Positions 49,839 through 61,537 of a DNA stretch of 64,000 nucleotides are shown here, piece after piece. Position 1 is the stretch's first letter, and each line of letters opens with the position of its first letter. Under the pieces are notes generated by a model, which was not told where the DNA came from, ran no database searches, and worked only from the letters and a program-made list of their open reading frames with translations. The DNA comes from Phyllosticta citribraziliensis (lineage: Eukaryota): contig NW_027117338.1 in assembly GCF_038025025.1 (NCBI RefSeq), forward strand, positions 744,001-808,000. The letters are read 5' to 3'. Both the position numbers and the translations under genes were made by a program.

Positions 49839-50385
49839 CTATGCGCTGGTCGCCGCAGTGGCCGTGGCCGTCGTTGCTGCCGGCCTGCCGACAGCGCCGT
49901 TGGGATGTGATTTGCTGCGGCAGTCGCCTGTTTACCGAGAAAAAGAAGCGCGTCAGCCGAGAGACCACCTTTGAAGGGACCAACGGGAAGTGAATTGAAG
50001 AAGAAGGATCGGGAAGCCAGCTAGCGAACGGGAAGACTAGCCTGCCGGCCGTTGGAGAAACACATGGTGCGGGAGTGGGAATGCATGCAGGATTTTTGGG
50101 GATGACCGAGGGATTTTTTTGATTTGGTTCCCGCGGAGGGGGGGAAATAAAAAAAAAGACGCATGTGAGGAAGGCAGGTCTCTTACCGCACAGCTCATTG
50201 AGTCTGTATTCTCTGCCATGGGTGTTAGCGGTGTGAGAGGCAAGGTTTGGACATGGTCTTGGAGCTTACACTGCTACGACGTTGGCCGGGCATCGTCGGT
50301 GTGTCTCTTGGTATTTGGTGCACCAGGCGCGGACTGTGAAGCGCATGTGCGAGCATTTGTAGTTGACTTGGGTGTAGTCACACAT
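49839..50385 (-). CDS. 76-aa Cys/His-rich microprotein, three exons
   Basis: Exons ~50385-50270, ~50212-50187 and ~49928-49839, joined by GTAAG...CAG introns, give MCDYTQVNYKCSHMRFTVRAWCTKYQETHRRCPANVVAVEYRLNELCGDCRSKSHPNGAVGRPAATTATATAATSA. Frame is preserved across both junctions and completes a CxxC. Confidence 0.82.
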
Positions 50386-50564
50386 TGAGACGGTGGGAGA
50401 GAGGCGAGGATAGCGGCTCGTTAGGGAAGCAAAATCGATGACACACAAGAGGTTGTGTTTTCTGCAAGCCAGGCAGAGAGACGAATTGCGGTGGGTGGGA
50501 GTCGTGTAATGTACGTGGGAGTCGTGGCGGTACAGGTCAAGTCGGTAGATGTGGCGGCGAGATT

Positions 50565-50572
50565 CTTTTATA
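50565..50572 (-). promoter_or_regulatory. TATA box upstream of the microprotein gene
   Basis: TATAAAAG on the minus strand, ~180 nt upstream of ATG 50385. Confidence 0.55.
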
Positions 50573-53500
50573 CGAGAGTCGATTGGAAGCACAGCAGAGG
50601 CGAATTGGAGAGAGTGCGAGGTTTCGGAAGGGCAGATGTGGTTACCGATGAAGCATTGGGTGTGTAGCGGGGGTAACGTACATATAGAGGATGTGGATGG
50701 AGCAAAAGGAAGTATGCAAGTTTTGTTAGCTCCCGCAGCCCTTGCCGTCCGGCTGCATACGGACTTGCAGGGCTCAGGGATGTTTGGTAGCCTGGGGATC
50801 TCAAGGTCTAGGTTGGGTTCAACGGGTACGCCTGTTGCAGGAGTGGGCCTCTGCGTCCCAGCGGGCTGGTCCAAAGTGAAGGAAAAGGAAACGCCTTGAT
50901 CCATTTGCTACGAAATTTCGGGGACGCACGAGTGGACCGCTGACACGGAAGATGCAGCATCCCAGCCCCGGCTCGAGGGTTGGCAGCCGGGCCTGGTGAT
51001 GATGAGAGTGGTACTGTTGTATCAGAAAAGCAGACAAAAGCATGGTTGGCCAGGTCATTCGCATGGCGACAAGAATCAGGACCTCCCGCCATGGCCTGAG
51101 AACCGCTGGCTTGTGCACTCTCTTGGTAGTTGGCCTTCACCGCACTTCGGCTGCTCGTTTCGACATCTGAAAAGATGCTTGTTGGCATCAAACGCATCCT
51201 GGGCGGCGGTTGGATGCAGCGAGTGATGTGCGACTGCATTCGCCAGCCCAGCAGCCGTGAGCTGGGAGGCCTTGACTGACGCAAGGTGCCGACGAGGTGC
51301 AAGAAGCGCGGTGGAAGCAGGTCCGGATGGCGGCGGAGGCAGGGCAGCGCGATGAGTGTTGAGCTGCGACTCGTGGGCCAGAGCTTTCTCATGGCGACTA
51401 AGCATCAGAAGAGACCAGACCAAGCCGGTCCTCTCCGTGGGCCAGGATGGGCGCGACGACGAGGTTGAGCTTCACCTATCAGAGGGACGAGGGCGAGTCG
51501 GTCACGGCCATTGGAGACGGGCGGACAGGAGGGAGGAGGCCGGCTGGCAAGAGTGGTGCAGATCAACGGCAACGCCCCAAGAGGCGGGCGGTGTGAGTGA
51601 GGGGTGCTCGCAAGCTTTGGCGTATACGGGTAGACGTATGTAGACGAGTGGATTGTTGGATGGGGATGGCTTTCTTTTTCCACCGCTTCAAGTGAGTGCC
51701 GTGACCATGCGAGCGGTCGAGGCAGCGGAGTTTCCGCAGTCGACTTCCTTGCTGCAGCATCACATCACGCCCGGCGGCGCGGCATGAGGTGGACGGGATC
51801 GACTGGGGCCTGGATGCCTAACGGGGCAAGCTGATCACCATGCGTCGGGACTTCACTTCTCACTGCACTGCACTGCACCTGTTGGGATGAAGATGTTTTG
51901 ATCATGGACGACGTCGTATGCGCCTCTTGGTTGTGCTACAGTCGCTGACTTGCGGTGAGAGGTGCCGTCGGACGACAGCACTCGGAATCCCTACAGCGTT
52001 CGCGTTGGCATTGCATTGCGGGAGCTTATCTGACGCTCCATACCGCACGCTGGGTTACTCTCAGCGTGCGTGTAACAGCAGCCAGTTCAATCAAAGCCTA
52101 ACGGCCGAGGCCGCCGGAACCAACCGTTGGCTACATGTACTCCAAGACAGGTACTGTACAGTACCGTACTATAACGCTCTGACAAAGTCGCCGGTCGGGA
52201 TCAACGAGGAGCAGTTCCTGGGAGAGATGCAACAGACTTCAGCCATTTGCTGAAACACGGGTTTCATGGCACCTTGGCCCTTTCTGCCCGTCGGTCGACA
52301 ACACCAAGCACCGCCTCTGTGTATTCAGACGACATTGATTTGCTACACCGCCTCGCTTTCCGTTTCCGTTTCACATCCGTCCTCGACCAGCATAACTCGT
52401 CATAAGTCAGCATACCGGATGCCTTGGTTCCGTCTCGTTGATACCTACCTTGGGTGCCCGCGACGTCAGTTCCAGTCCCTACCCCACGGCATCGCCCGCG
52501 TCAGGTCAGGTCAGGTCAGGTCGAGAAACAAATCACCACCGCCAATGTCGTCTCCTGCCAAATCTACCCAAGTGCCAGATCTGAGCATGCAGGGTCTCGA
52601 ACCACCATTGGCCGCGCCTGTTTTTGACTCGCTCCCGCTCTGCCGTTCCAGATCCCGCGGCCAACTCTCGCACGGCGAACTCATCTCAGATTCTCCCCCC
52701 AGCCAGAACCACCAAGACACGACATGGTCCCCCGCATTCCGCCAGCGCCACAGCACATCTTGCAGCCGACCAATGGAAACGATCCGTCACCGCCAAATGT
52801 TTTGCTCGCCCGTCAGCCATTGTCCATTCGTCCATTATCGACCCGTGCCCTGACGACTGCCGGACACGTAATCTTGAACAATTGCATTCTTTCCACAATG
52901 GGCAACGCACCACAAGGGCCACCCATGTGTGGTCGATGCAGAACGGTGGTCCAACTGACCGGAATCAGCGACGCCGTGGCAGGGAGGAGGCAGTCTCCAT
53001 CTCCCATCGTGCATGCCCTCTCTGTACCCACACCGCACCTACATACTGCACCTGGCGCACCTGTAGTGCCGGCAGCCCAGCACTGCCCCGAGAGCATGAC
53101 TGGCCGGCACTCTACAAACTTACCTCTCCCTTGGGCCCTTAGTCAGGCAGGACCAGCCAGCCAGCCAATACGCACAACGCACACATACCCTACCTTCGTC
53201 TCCAGAGTCCAGACAAGCAAAACAAAAAGCAAAATAGCCAAAACAAGTCGCCCCAAACCAGCCCAAAACGCGCCTACTTGCCTAACTCATGTCCCTCTCC
53301 CTACTCCCCCCACCTACTTTGCCTGGCCTGGTCTGGGCCTTGATACATGTAGGTTTGGTGCCGGGCAAGACGCGCCCGAGCGAGGGCGAGGCGCCAACGG
53401 CGGCCCTTTTTCCCTTTTACGCAGAGCTTGATTGGTCCGTTTCCCGCCCTCGCCGTTGTGGTGGCGAGCCAGGCAGCCGCGAAGGGCGTGTAGGTGCAAG

Positions 53501-54039
53501 CGATCGCAGGCGCGTGGCTATGAGTCGCGCGTGCTTCGGTTGGTCTGTTGGCCGCATGAGCATGTCTGTTTGTCATGATTATAGCAGCTCGACCATGAGG
53601 GTGAGGGTGGTGGTGATGGTGATGTTGGGAACCCGTGGCGAGGCACTCACGTGCGCCTGCATGCATGTGTATGAGAAGGACAGAAGGCGAGAGAGGACTG
53701 ACTCACTTCACCAAGAAAGCGGGGGGAATATCAAAAGAGCAGAAAGCTTTGGCAAAAGCATGAAAGAAAGACGGTGGAAAGAGAAAAATCAACGTCACTC
53801 AAACAACAAAACACTTGCAAAAAGTTCATTATTATCAATAATATTGTGTGGGACTATGTGGCTAACCCATGCCACACTTCTTGCCCCAACAAGCAAGGAG
53901 ACTTCCGGGTGGGTCAAGGGGGGTTACGACTACGACTATGTAAAGCTGGGGACGCGTGGTGCTGCTGCAGTGCTGATATTTGTACAATTGGATGAGATAA
54001 AGGAGATTGACCCATCATCATGCCTGCTGACCCAGAGAG

Positions 54040-54063
54040 AGAAGAAGAAGAAGAAGAAGAAAG
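54040..54063 (+). repeat. (AAG)n microsatellite
   Basis: About 7 tandem GAA/AAG units. Confidence 0.9.
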
Positions 54064-54579
54064 ACACAACACGCCCAAGATCGATCCCAACAGTCAACAC
54101 ACCAGGCACCCTTTTGACGCCGCAAAACACCCAAGAGAAGAAGAGGAAACGCAAAGAAAAGATCCCAGAGCCCCCATGGTGACTCCCTCTCCAACGCGAA
54201 ACCCCACTACAGCTGACTGACCGACTGGCTGCAAAAATGACCGATGACTCAAAAAGGCAGACGTTTACGCTCACGGACGGATGGAAGAAAGGAAGAACGA
54301 AAAAAGAAAGAGAGAAAAGAAATGCAGTGACCCCCATGCCAAAGCCCGAACCCCGACATGACCCGCCCCGGCCTGTTCATGATGACGACGATGCTGAGTG
54401 GTGGAAAAAAACAGAGAGGTGGTTGTTGGTGGAAGTGGTGGACGTGGAGAGAGGCTAAGAAAAATCCCGGTCTAGGCCCGCCATGTCATGCGATGCCGCC
54501 TCTTTCGTCTAGTTTGCATTACTGCTGCCGCCCCTTCGATTCTTCTTTTTTGGACACGCTGTAGGATGGATGGCAGCAT

Positions 54580-56736
54580 CTAGTACTCGCCGAGGTCGCC
54601 CTCGTCGGCGTCGAGCCAGCCGCGGCACATCTCGACGGCCTTGGTCCACTTCTTGAACATTTTTTGGCTGGCGTCCTTGGTGATGTTGGGCTCGAAGATG
54701 ACGCGGTCCTTTTGGTTGATGTCCTTGAGCTCCTCAAACTCGTGCCAGATGCCAACGGCGAAACCGGCGGCAATGGCAGCGCCAAGCGCCGTGGTTTCGC
54801 GCATCGACGGCCGGTTGACGGGGATGCCGATGATGTTGGCTTGGGTCTGCAGAGATAGGCGTCAGCATTCGGTTCCAAGAGCCAAGAGAGGCGTGGTCTG
54901 ACAGCGCCGGAAGGGCGGATGTGGGGGTGGGGAATTTAGGTGGGGAACAGAGTGCTCTGGCGCGTGGATCGACAGGGCGACAAGAACGGGGAAACGAAAC
55001 GAATGACCAAGGCAACCAGTAGCCCCGCCAGTCGGTCGCTAGGCAAGGAAGGGAAAACAACGTACCTGCATGCATAGATCGCTCTTGCTCATGCCACCGT
55101 CGACGGCGAGTTCCGCCAACTTGTGTCCACTGTCGAGCTCCATGGCGTCGAGGATGGCCTTGGTCTGGAAGCACGTCGCCTCAAGCGTCGCTCGCGCAAT
55201 GTGGCCACGCTGCGTGTGCTGCGTGATGCCGAAAATGGTTCCCTTGGCATCATCGATCCAGTACGGTGCGAATAGACCCGAAAAGGCCGTGACGAATACG
55301 GTGCCGCCGTTGTTCTCGACGCTCGATGCCAGCTCGCCGACTTTGTCCGAGTCGCGGATGAAGCCGAGGTTGTTCATGAGGAACTTGACGCCAGAACCAG
55401 CCACGGCAACGCTACCCTCGAGGGCGTACACGGGCTTGCGCTCCTGACCAAAGTGATAGGCGACCGTGGCGAGCAGGCCGTGGTGCGAGATGACTGGCTT
55501 CTCGCCAACGTTGTAGAGCAAGAAACATCCAGTACCGTACGTGTTCTTGGCGCTGCCCGGGGTGAAGCCCTGCTGACCGACCAGGGCAGCGGACTGGTCT
55601 CCAAGGCATCCAGAGATCTTGATGCCCTTGAGGGAGCCTGTGGCAATTGAGCCGAAGGATGTGGAGCACGAGGACGGCACAATCTTTGGGAGCTTAATCT
55701 TGTTCTTGTCGATACCGAAGAAGCCGAGCAGCTTCTCGCTGTACTCGACCTTTTCGAGGTCGACAAACATGGTACGCGAGGCGTTGGTGGCGTCGGTAAC
55801 AAAGATGTCCCTCTCCTTGCCGCCGTTCAAGTTGTAGAGTAGCCAGGTGTCGACGGTGCCAAAAGCCAGGCGGCCCTCGTCGTAGGCGCGCTTGACTTCG
55901 GGGACATTGCGCAGCAGCCAGACGAGCTTGACGGACGATGGGTAGGTGGACAAGGGCAGTCCGCAGTATTCGGACAGCTGGTCGGCGCCATCCCGCTCGC
56001 GCAACTCACGAACCAGGCCCTTTGTTCGAGTGTCTGGCCACGCGATGGCGTTGTGGAGCGGCTTGCCCGTTTCCCAGTCCCACACGAGGGTGGTTTCTCG
56101 CTGGTTTGTAATGCCAATGGCCTTGATGTCGGATATTTGGTGGCCCAGGTCTACAAACTTCTCGGTGGCGAGGTCGATGCACTCTTGGACGGATTCAACA
56201 AGCTCATAAGGGTCGTGTTCATGCCATCTGGTAGCGGGGAGGTCACATGTCAGCGTGGGGGACGTGGCGTAACGGTAGTGCGTGGAGGAGGCGGGCGGGC
56301 GGGTTGGTTGCCAGGAGCGGCAGGTGGTGGCCGAAACGAAAAACGTCTAGGCACAAGCGAACAGACGCCATGCGCGCGCGACTGGCAACGTCGCCGGCGC
56401 ACGTTTGGTGCATGATGGGCGAGGCGAGGGAAAAAATAGCAAAAAGTGTTCATGCAAGACTTACCCCGACTCCGGGTATTTTTGATCAAACTCAATCTGG
56501 TGGCTCGCCACCGGGGTTCCGGTGCCGTCGAAGATGATGAAGCGCGAACTGGTGGTTCCCTGGTCGATGGAGCCAATGAAGAATTTTTCCATGCGCTTCT
56601 CGTAGGAAACGCTGCGCGGCATGCGCATGCTGCCGCGGCGGGCTTTGATTTCAGAGGCGGCGTGCTGCATCTGGGAGATGTTGTGCGGCATGGGGCCCGA
56701 AGGCAGGTCGTCTCTGGAGACTTGGACGGCGGCCAT
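54580..56736 (-). CDS. GUT1: Glycerol kinase (FGGY family)
   Basis: FIGSIDQGTTSSRFIIFD, GWHEHDP, GITNQRETT, AIAWPDTRT, TDATNASRT, GCLGDQSAALVGQ, AKNTYGTGCF, YALEGSV, FSGLFAPYW, VDGGMS, RETTALGAAIAAG. Two introns. Confidence 0.97.
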
Positions 56737-57710
56737 TGTGTGAGAGGAGGAGGAGGAGGTGGTGGTGGTGGTGGAGGAGTGAAAAGAAGAGGTCGAGTTA
56801 TAGCAGGCGGAAGATGGGATAAATTGACGTTGGTGGTGGCGGGCCAGACGTAAGGGTAAGGCTTTGGCGGAGGGAGGGCGAACTGTGGAAAAAGGTTGGG
56901 TATCAATGCTGGAAGAGAGAGAGAGCGAGAGGGTTGTGGTGTCGAGGGAGAGGGTCGAGGGCGTGCCGTCGACGGGCTTTTGAAGGGGAGCTCACTGAAA
57001 GGAACGACGGGCATCGTGGAACAAGCCATGGAGGCGGAGCAATGGTCAGCCGTGGCCGTAAGCTGTGCCCGGGAATGGAAAGGTGTGACTTCACAGGTGC
57101 TCACGGTCCCCACCCTTTTTCCAGACTCCAGCTTCTCCGCCTGCTTGCGTTGCGACTACTTGCGGGGCGCCCGGCAGGGCAGGTTAGCCGACCCACCTGC
57201 AGCAACGCAACCTCCATCCCGCCGCGGTGCCGCATTGCCATGGCATGCCACCATGGGCATTGGCACTCCCTCACACCCCAGGCACAGTCCAGCTAAAATC
57301 TCAGACTCCTCATGTGAACACCTGCCCATGCTCCCTCGTGTCCCAATTAAAAATTCGACCGAGCTAGAACCATTGATTGCGACGGCGCCAGCGCACGACT
57401 ACATGTCCTCTCCCACTCCCGTCGACTCATCCGCCACATTAGAACATCTACCGCCCTGCCCTCCGCATCCCCAAGCGCCGCAATCCCCCAACGCCCATCC
57501 CATTTCGGCTGTTCCGCGACACCTCGCCTGCAAACTCACGATGCCCAATGCCTGCCCAAGCAGTCTAGAGCCTTCTCCTTTCCTCCCCCCCGACGCGACG
57601 CGGGGGCCAGTTGACACCCCCCACCCCACCTCTCCCTCTCCCTCTCCCCGTCTCGTCTGTTCCTTTGGCCAGCATTTCCAATCCCAACAATAATTTCCTC
57701 CTGCTCATTC

Positions 57711-58913
57711 CTACTCCTCCTCATCCATGCCGGTGCGCACCTCGGGGTCCCCACCTGGCACCTTGACATTGGCCCCGGCTTCCCGAGCCTCAATGGCTGC
57801 ACGCCTTGCCGCCTCTTCCTTCTCCAGCGCCGCCTCGGCCGTCTCCTTCAACTGCAGCACGCGATCGACCGGGTTCGGCAGCTTGCCGACCTTCTCCACA
57901 ATCTGACCCCTGCCAATCAACGACACGACGATGCTCGCTCCAACAATAAACGTGAGCACGAACCGGTACGTCGTGTACCACGACGGGGTCCAGCCGCGCA
58001 CTGTCGCCCGCGCGTCCGCGTAATACAAAAAGTTGAACGCCACGAATTGTGTGATCAGTGCGTACTCGACTGGCAGCAGGATCGTCGGCCACGCGACCGC
58101 CGGCGCAAAGACGCCAATCGCGTACCGACGGTAGCCCTGCTGCCCGCCAAAGCCCGCCCATTCTAGACCCCAGTGGATGGCCCCGAGGAATGAGATTATC
58201 TATCGCCCTTGGTCAGCCCCCCCGCGTTTGACCCGATGCAACTGCGAAACTTACCACTGCCCCGTACCCGACCTGCAGCGGCTCGAGTATGTGAAGAAAT
58301 AGCTCGGCATTAGCGGGCGAAAGGAGGTTGATGGCGGATCCGTCTGCCCCGTGGTTGATTTCGTACGCGCAGTACACCGTCGACAGCGACGTTGCAAGAT
58401 AAGGCAGCACGCCCGCCATTCCGAGCACGTATGCCTGGTGCGGCACCTCCTTCAACGAAAACGTTTCTTTGATCGTGTTCTGCAATGCCAGGTCAGCGCC
58501 TGCAACCACTTGTTCAACTCGTTCCGACTCACAATGTCCGACTTCATTCCCTGCATCATGTCTGGGTCCTTTTCAGGCTCCGGCGTCTTCGCCTCGGAAA
58601 AGATGGGGTGGATTGTGGACGTCGTCGACACCTCCTCCGGATGCGGCTCCAGCTTCTGTTTTGCAAGCTTCTTCTCTTTCTCGACATCAATCTTGTCCAC
58701 GGGCGACGAGTACCGCTGGTACCGCGTCGCGGCAGCCGATATCGGCTTCAACGCCTGCGTCGAGCCAGCTTGAGGCCGTCTGGTCAACGTGCATAGCTTC
58801 GAGGTGAGAGGAGGGGTAAAGGTCGCGGCAGATGGAGTCGTGTTCTTGAGGTGAGGCGCGTTGCCAGACCTCAGGGTGCGGAAGATGGTGCGGGAGGCCG
58901 GGTTGCGCAACAT
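57711..58913 (-). CDS. Mitochondrial multi-pass membrane protein (DUF3429/TMEM69-like)
   Basis: Arg/Ser/Thr-rich presequence; GMAGVLPY; LQVGYGAV|IISFLGAIHWGLEW; RYAIGV; YADARATVRGWTPSWYTTYRFVLT. Two introns. Confidence 0.85.
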
Positions 58914-59776
58914 GGTTCAAGACAAAATGCGGGGAAGCTGGTGGGTAGAGGCGATGATTGAGCTGCAGAGGTGGTGATGGCGATGTTTGCTCGGGATGAG
59001 TAATCAGGAGCGAGGAAGGTAAACAAACAATAGTGTAGGTCAAGACAGGACGCGGATTGAAAAAGCGGTAGCGCCGGCAGCGGTGGAGATGGGAGCTATG
59101 AGACGTGTGAAGCTTCCTAGGCCGGAGCTTGAGGGCACCTCACTCGGCGAGGCTGGGGTGGGATGCGTCGGAGGCCATAGCTCTGGCTATACGTCATGGG
59201 TACCTGACCAACATCCACCATCATCCATGTCTGTTCCAAGGTTTTGCGGCCTCCCGCCAACCACTGCTCGTCACTGACGGATGACAGCTGTGACGTGCGG
59301 GAACGTCACGATGATTATTTTTGATTTTTGATCAAGATGATGGAACCTCGACGCAGCAGAAGATCTCGCCCGTCCCCACCCAATGACGAAAAGCCCCATC
59401 CAACATTGTGATGTCGACACCAATGCAATTCTCGCCCTGCCACCCCCGGTCTCCGAAACGCATTCCCAATTCGCCGTCACTTGCTCGCCCCCTGGAGCCA
59501 ATCCACGTGCGCATCTTTCGTCTCCAACCTGGAATCTTCTAGGTGCTGACGCTACCCTGGTCGCGCCTCCTTCTGTCGCATTACCCCTACATGTGCTGCT
59601 GCGCTGCCATGGGATGCGTTATCAAGGCTTGGCCTGAAAGTGCTGGGCGCAGGTATACCGAGGGCTTTTTGGAATCCCATTGCCCGACCAAACATCGCAC
59701 GCAGCCCGATCTCATACATGGAGTGAATTTATATCCGTACAAGCCATCAACCATCCTGGTACTGATCAGCCTTGGC

Positions 59777-61022
59777 CTATCTCCTGCTCTGCCTCTTGCG
59801 TCCGCTGCCTGCCGTCAAGTTGGCTCTTGCCGCCACACCCTGCTTGTGGAAGTTCAACCTCCTCTCCCAGCAACTGCTTGTGCCCTGAACCACGCTGACC
59901 ACCTCTTCCGCGACCTTTTGCGCAAACATGAATTTTCCACTGCCCTTGCCCCGCTTCTTAGATGCCGATGTGATGATCCACTCAATCGCTGCCCTCCTCC
60001 TTTGTCTCTGGTTCAGCGCCACTGGCATTTGGAGAGCTTGTCCACCACCGGCTTGTCCCTTGAGGTTCTTGATCCGGAGCAGCGGCGCGACCGAGTCCAC
60101 AGCCAGGGTCAAGTAGAGGACCGGGTTGAGGGGGAGGTGCGATGGAGGTGGGGCTCCAGGGAGCAACGGGGTCGCTGGGTTGAGCTTTGGCGGAGCCGTT
60201 GTGCGGAGGTGGTTGAGGATGAAATTCATGTTCTGTAGATCAAGAGACGATCAGAGTTGCTGACAGGGAACACGGTTGTTGACGCGACAACTCACACGCT
60301 CGGCAGCCGCCTTTTCGCCGTGCTTCATCATCATGTTTGTGAAGAATTCCACCACGGGGTCCTGCCGGCTCTTGAGCCTATCCTCGGCCGGCATTGGCAT
60401 GGGCACCGGTGGGAACTTCAGGCCATGCTCGTTCAAGGGCGTGACGAAGCGGTTCTCAGAAAAGGCCTGGACGCCCGTATCGTTTGGGAACTCGACTGGC
60501 AGCATTTCGTCGGCTGGCGGTTCCATCTGTCCCGACTCTTGCATCTCTTGCCGGGCAACGGCGCTAGTTGAAAACGACCGGCTGCCACCTGGTGCTGACG
60601 ACTTGAGGCTATCCCGCATAACCTTTGGGAGATGCTTTTGCGCTTCTATGTCCTTCCTGATGACCTGCTCACGCCGTCAGCCAGCCGTCTCCTTGCTCGT
60701 CCGCTTTGCGTCCCAGCGTCTTCCGAGCTCCTCGTCCAAGTCCTCCACCTACTTCGTCTATCGGTGTGCCTTGCTCAATCTCTGGAGACTGCTTTCCCTG
60801 GATCTTTGCCATGTCCCTGGCCTCTTCGGATACGTGGGGCAACGGGTCCGTGTTGGGGCCCTTTGGTTCCGGCTTGGAATCGTTCTTGGGTTGGCTCGAG
60901 TCGTCGGCGAAGCCTCTCCGCACGACAGGCGCGAAGCGCGCAGCGTGCCATTGAGGCACCGCCGGTTTGGGTCGCAATGCAAGCGACCTTGCTGAGGCAA
61001 TGATACTGGTTCGAGGTGGCAT
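59777..61022 (-). CDS. RSM7: Mitochondrial small-subunit ribosomal protein uS7m
   Basis: DPVVEFFTNMMMKHGEKAAAER; LAVDSVAPL; PVALNQRQRRRAAIEWII; FAQKVAEEVVSVVQGTSS; HKQGVAARAN (uS7 signature). Introns at 60665-60752 and ~60234-60296. Confidence 0.93.
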
Positions 61023-61537
61023 GGTGCGTGGTGTCCTGGTCTCCGTTCTCCGCAAACCAGGAATCGATCTGGGGCAACGCGACTCGGGGCATGGGTTGTT
61101 CCGGGCTGCAAAAATTCCGCGTTTTGGCCTTCCTGCCTTACCTAACAACAGACCCGCTCCGATCAACCACCTCAGAGTCTTGCAGACTTGCACTCAAGAG
61201 TTGAATTCGTCTATACATCGTCTATGCTGACACCAAGACATACAGCATGACAGGTTCCCAGAGACGCATGTTGCAATGCCGCTATCATGCACAAAGAAAT
61301 CCGCCATGAAAGACCGGACTGCCGTCACCATGCGACGATGAAGAAAAGAGAAAACCGTGCCCCAACAACCAAAAGGACGCCTTCGCAGTCAACGCCTTGC
61401 CCGATTGAAAACTCTGCAAACTCCCTCCGAAGGAATGGACGGATGACCAGGAACTCCTCTTCTCGGTTACTCCGGACGCCACAATCCGATGCTATGCATA
61501 TGACGAATATCCTTACTTTCCGTGGCGCCGAGATCAC

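Noticed and set aside
46000..54500. Telomerase RNA or transposon relic in the gene-poor stretch
   Set aside because: No TAACCCTAA template, terminal inverted repeats, LTRs, RT or transposase motifs, or AT-rich RIP signature seen.
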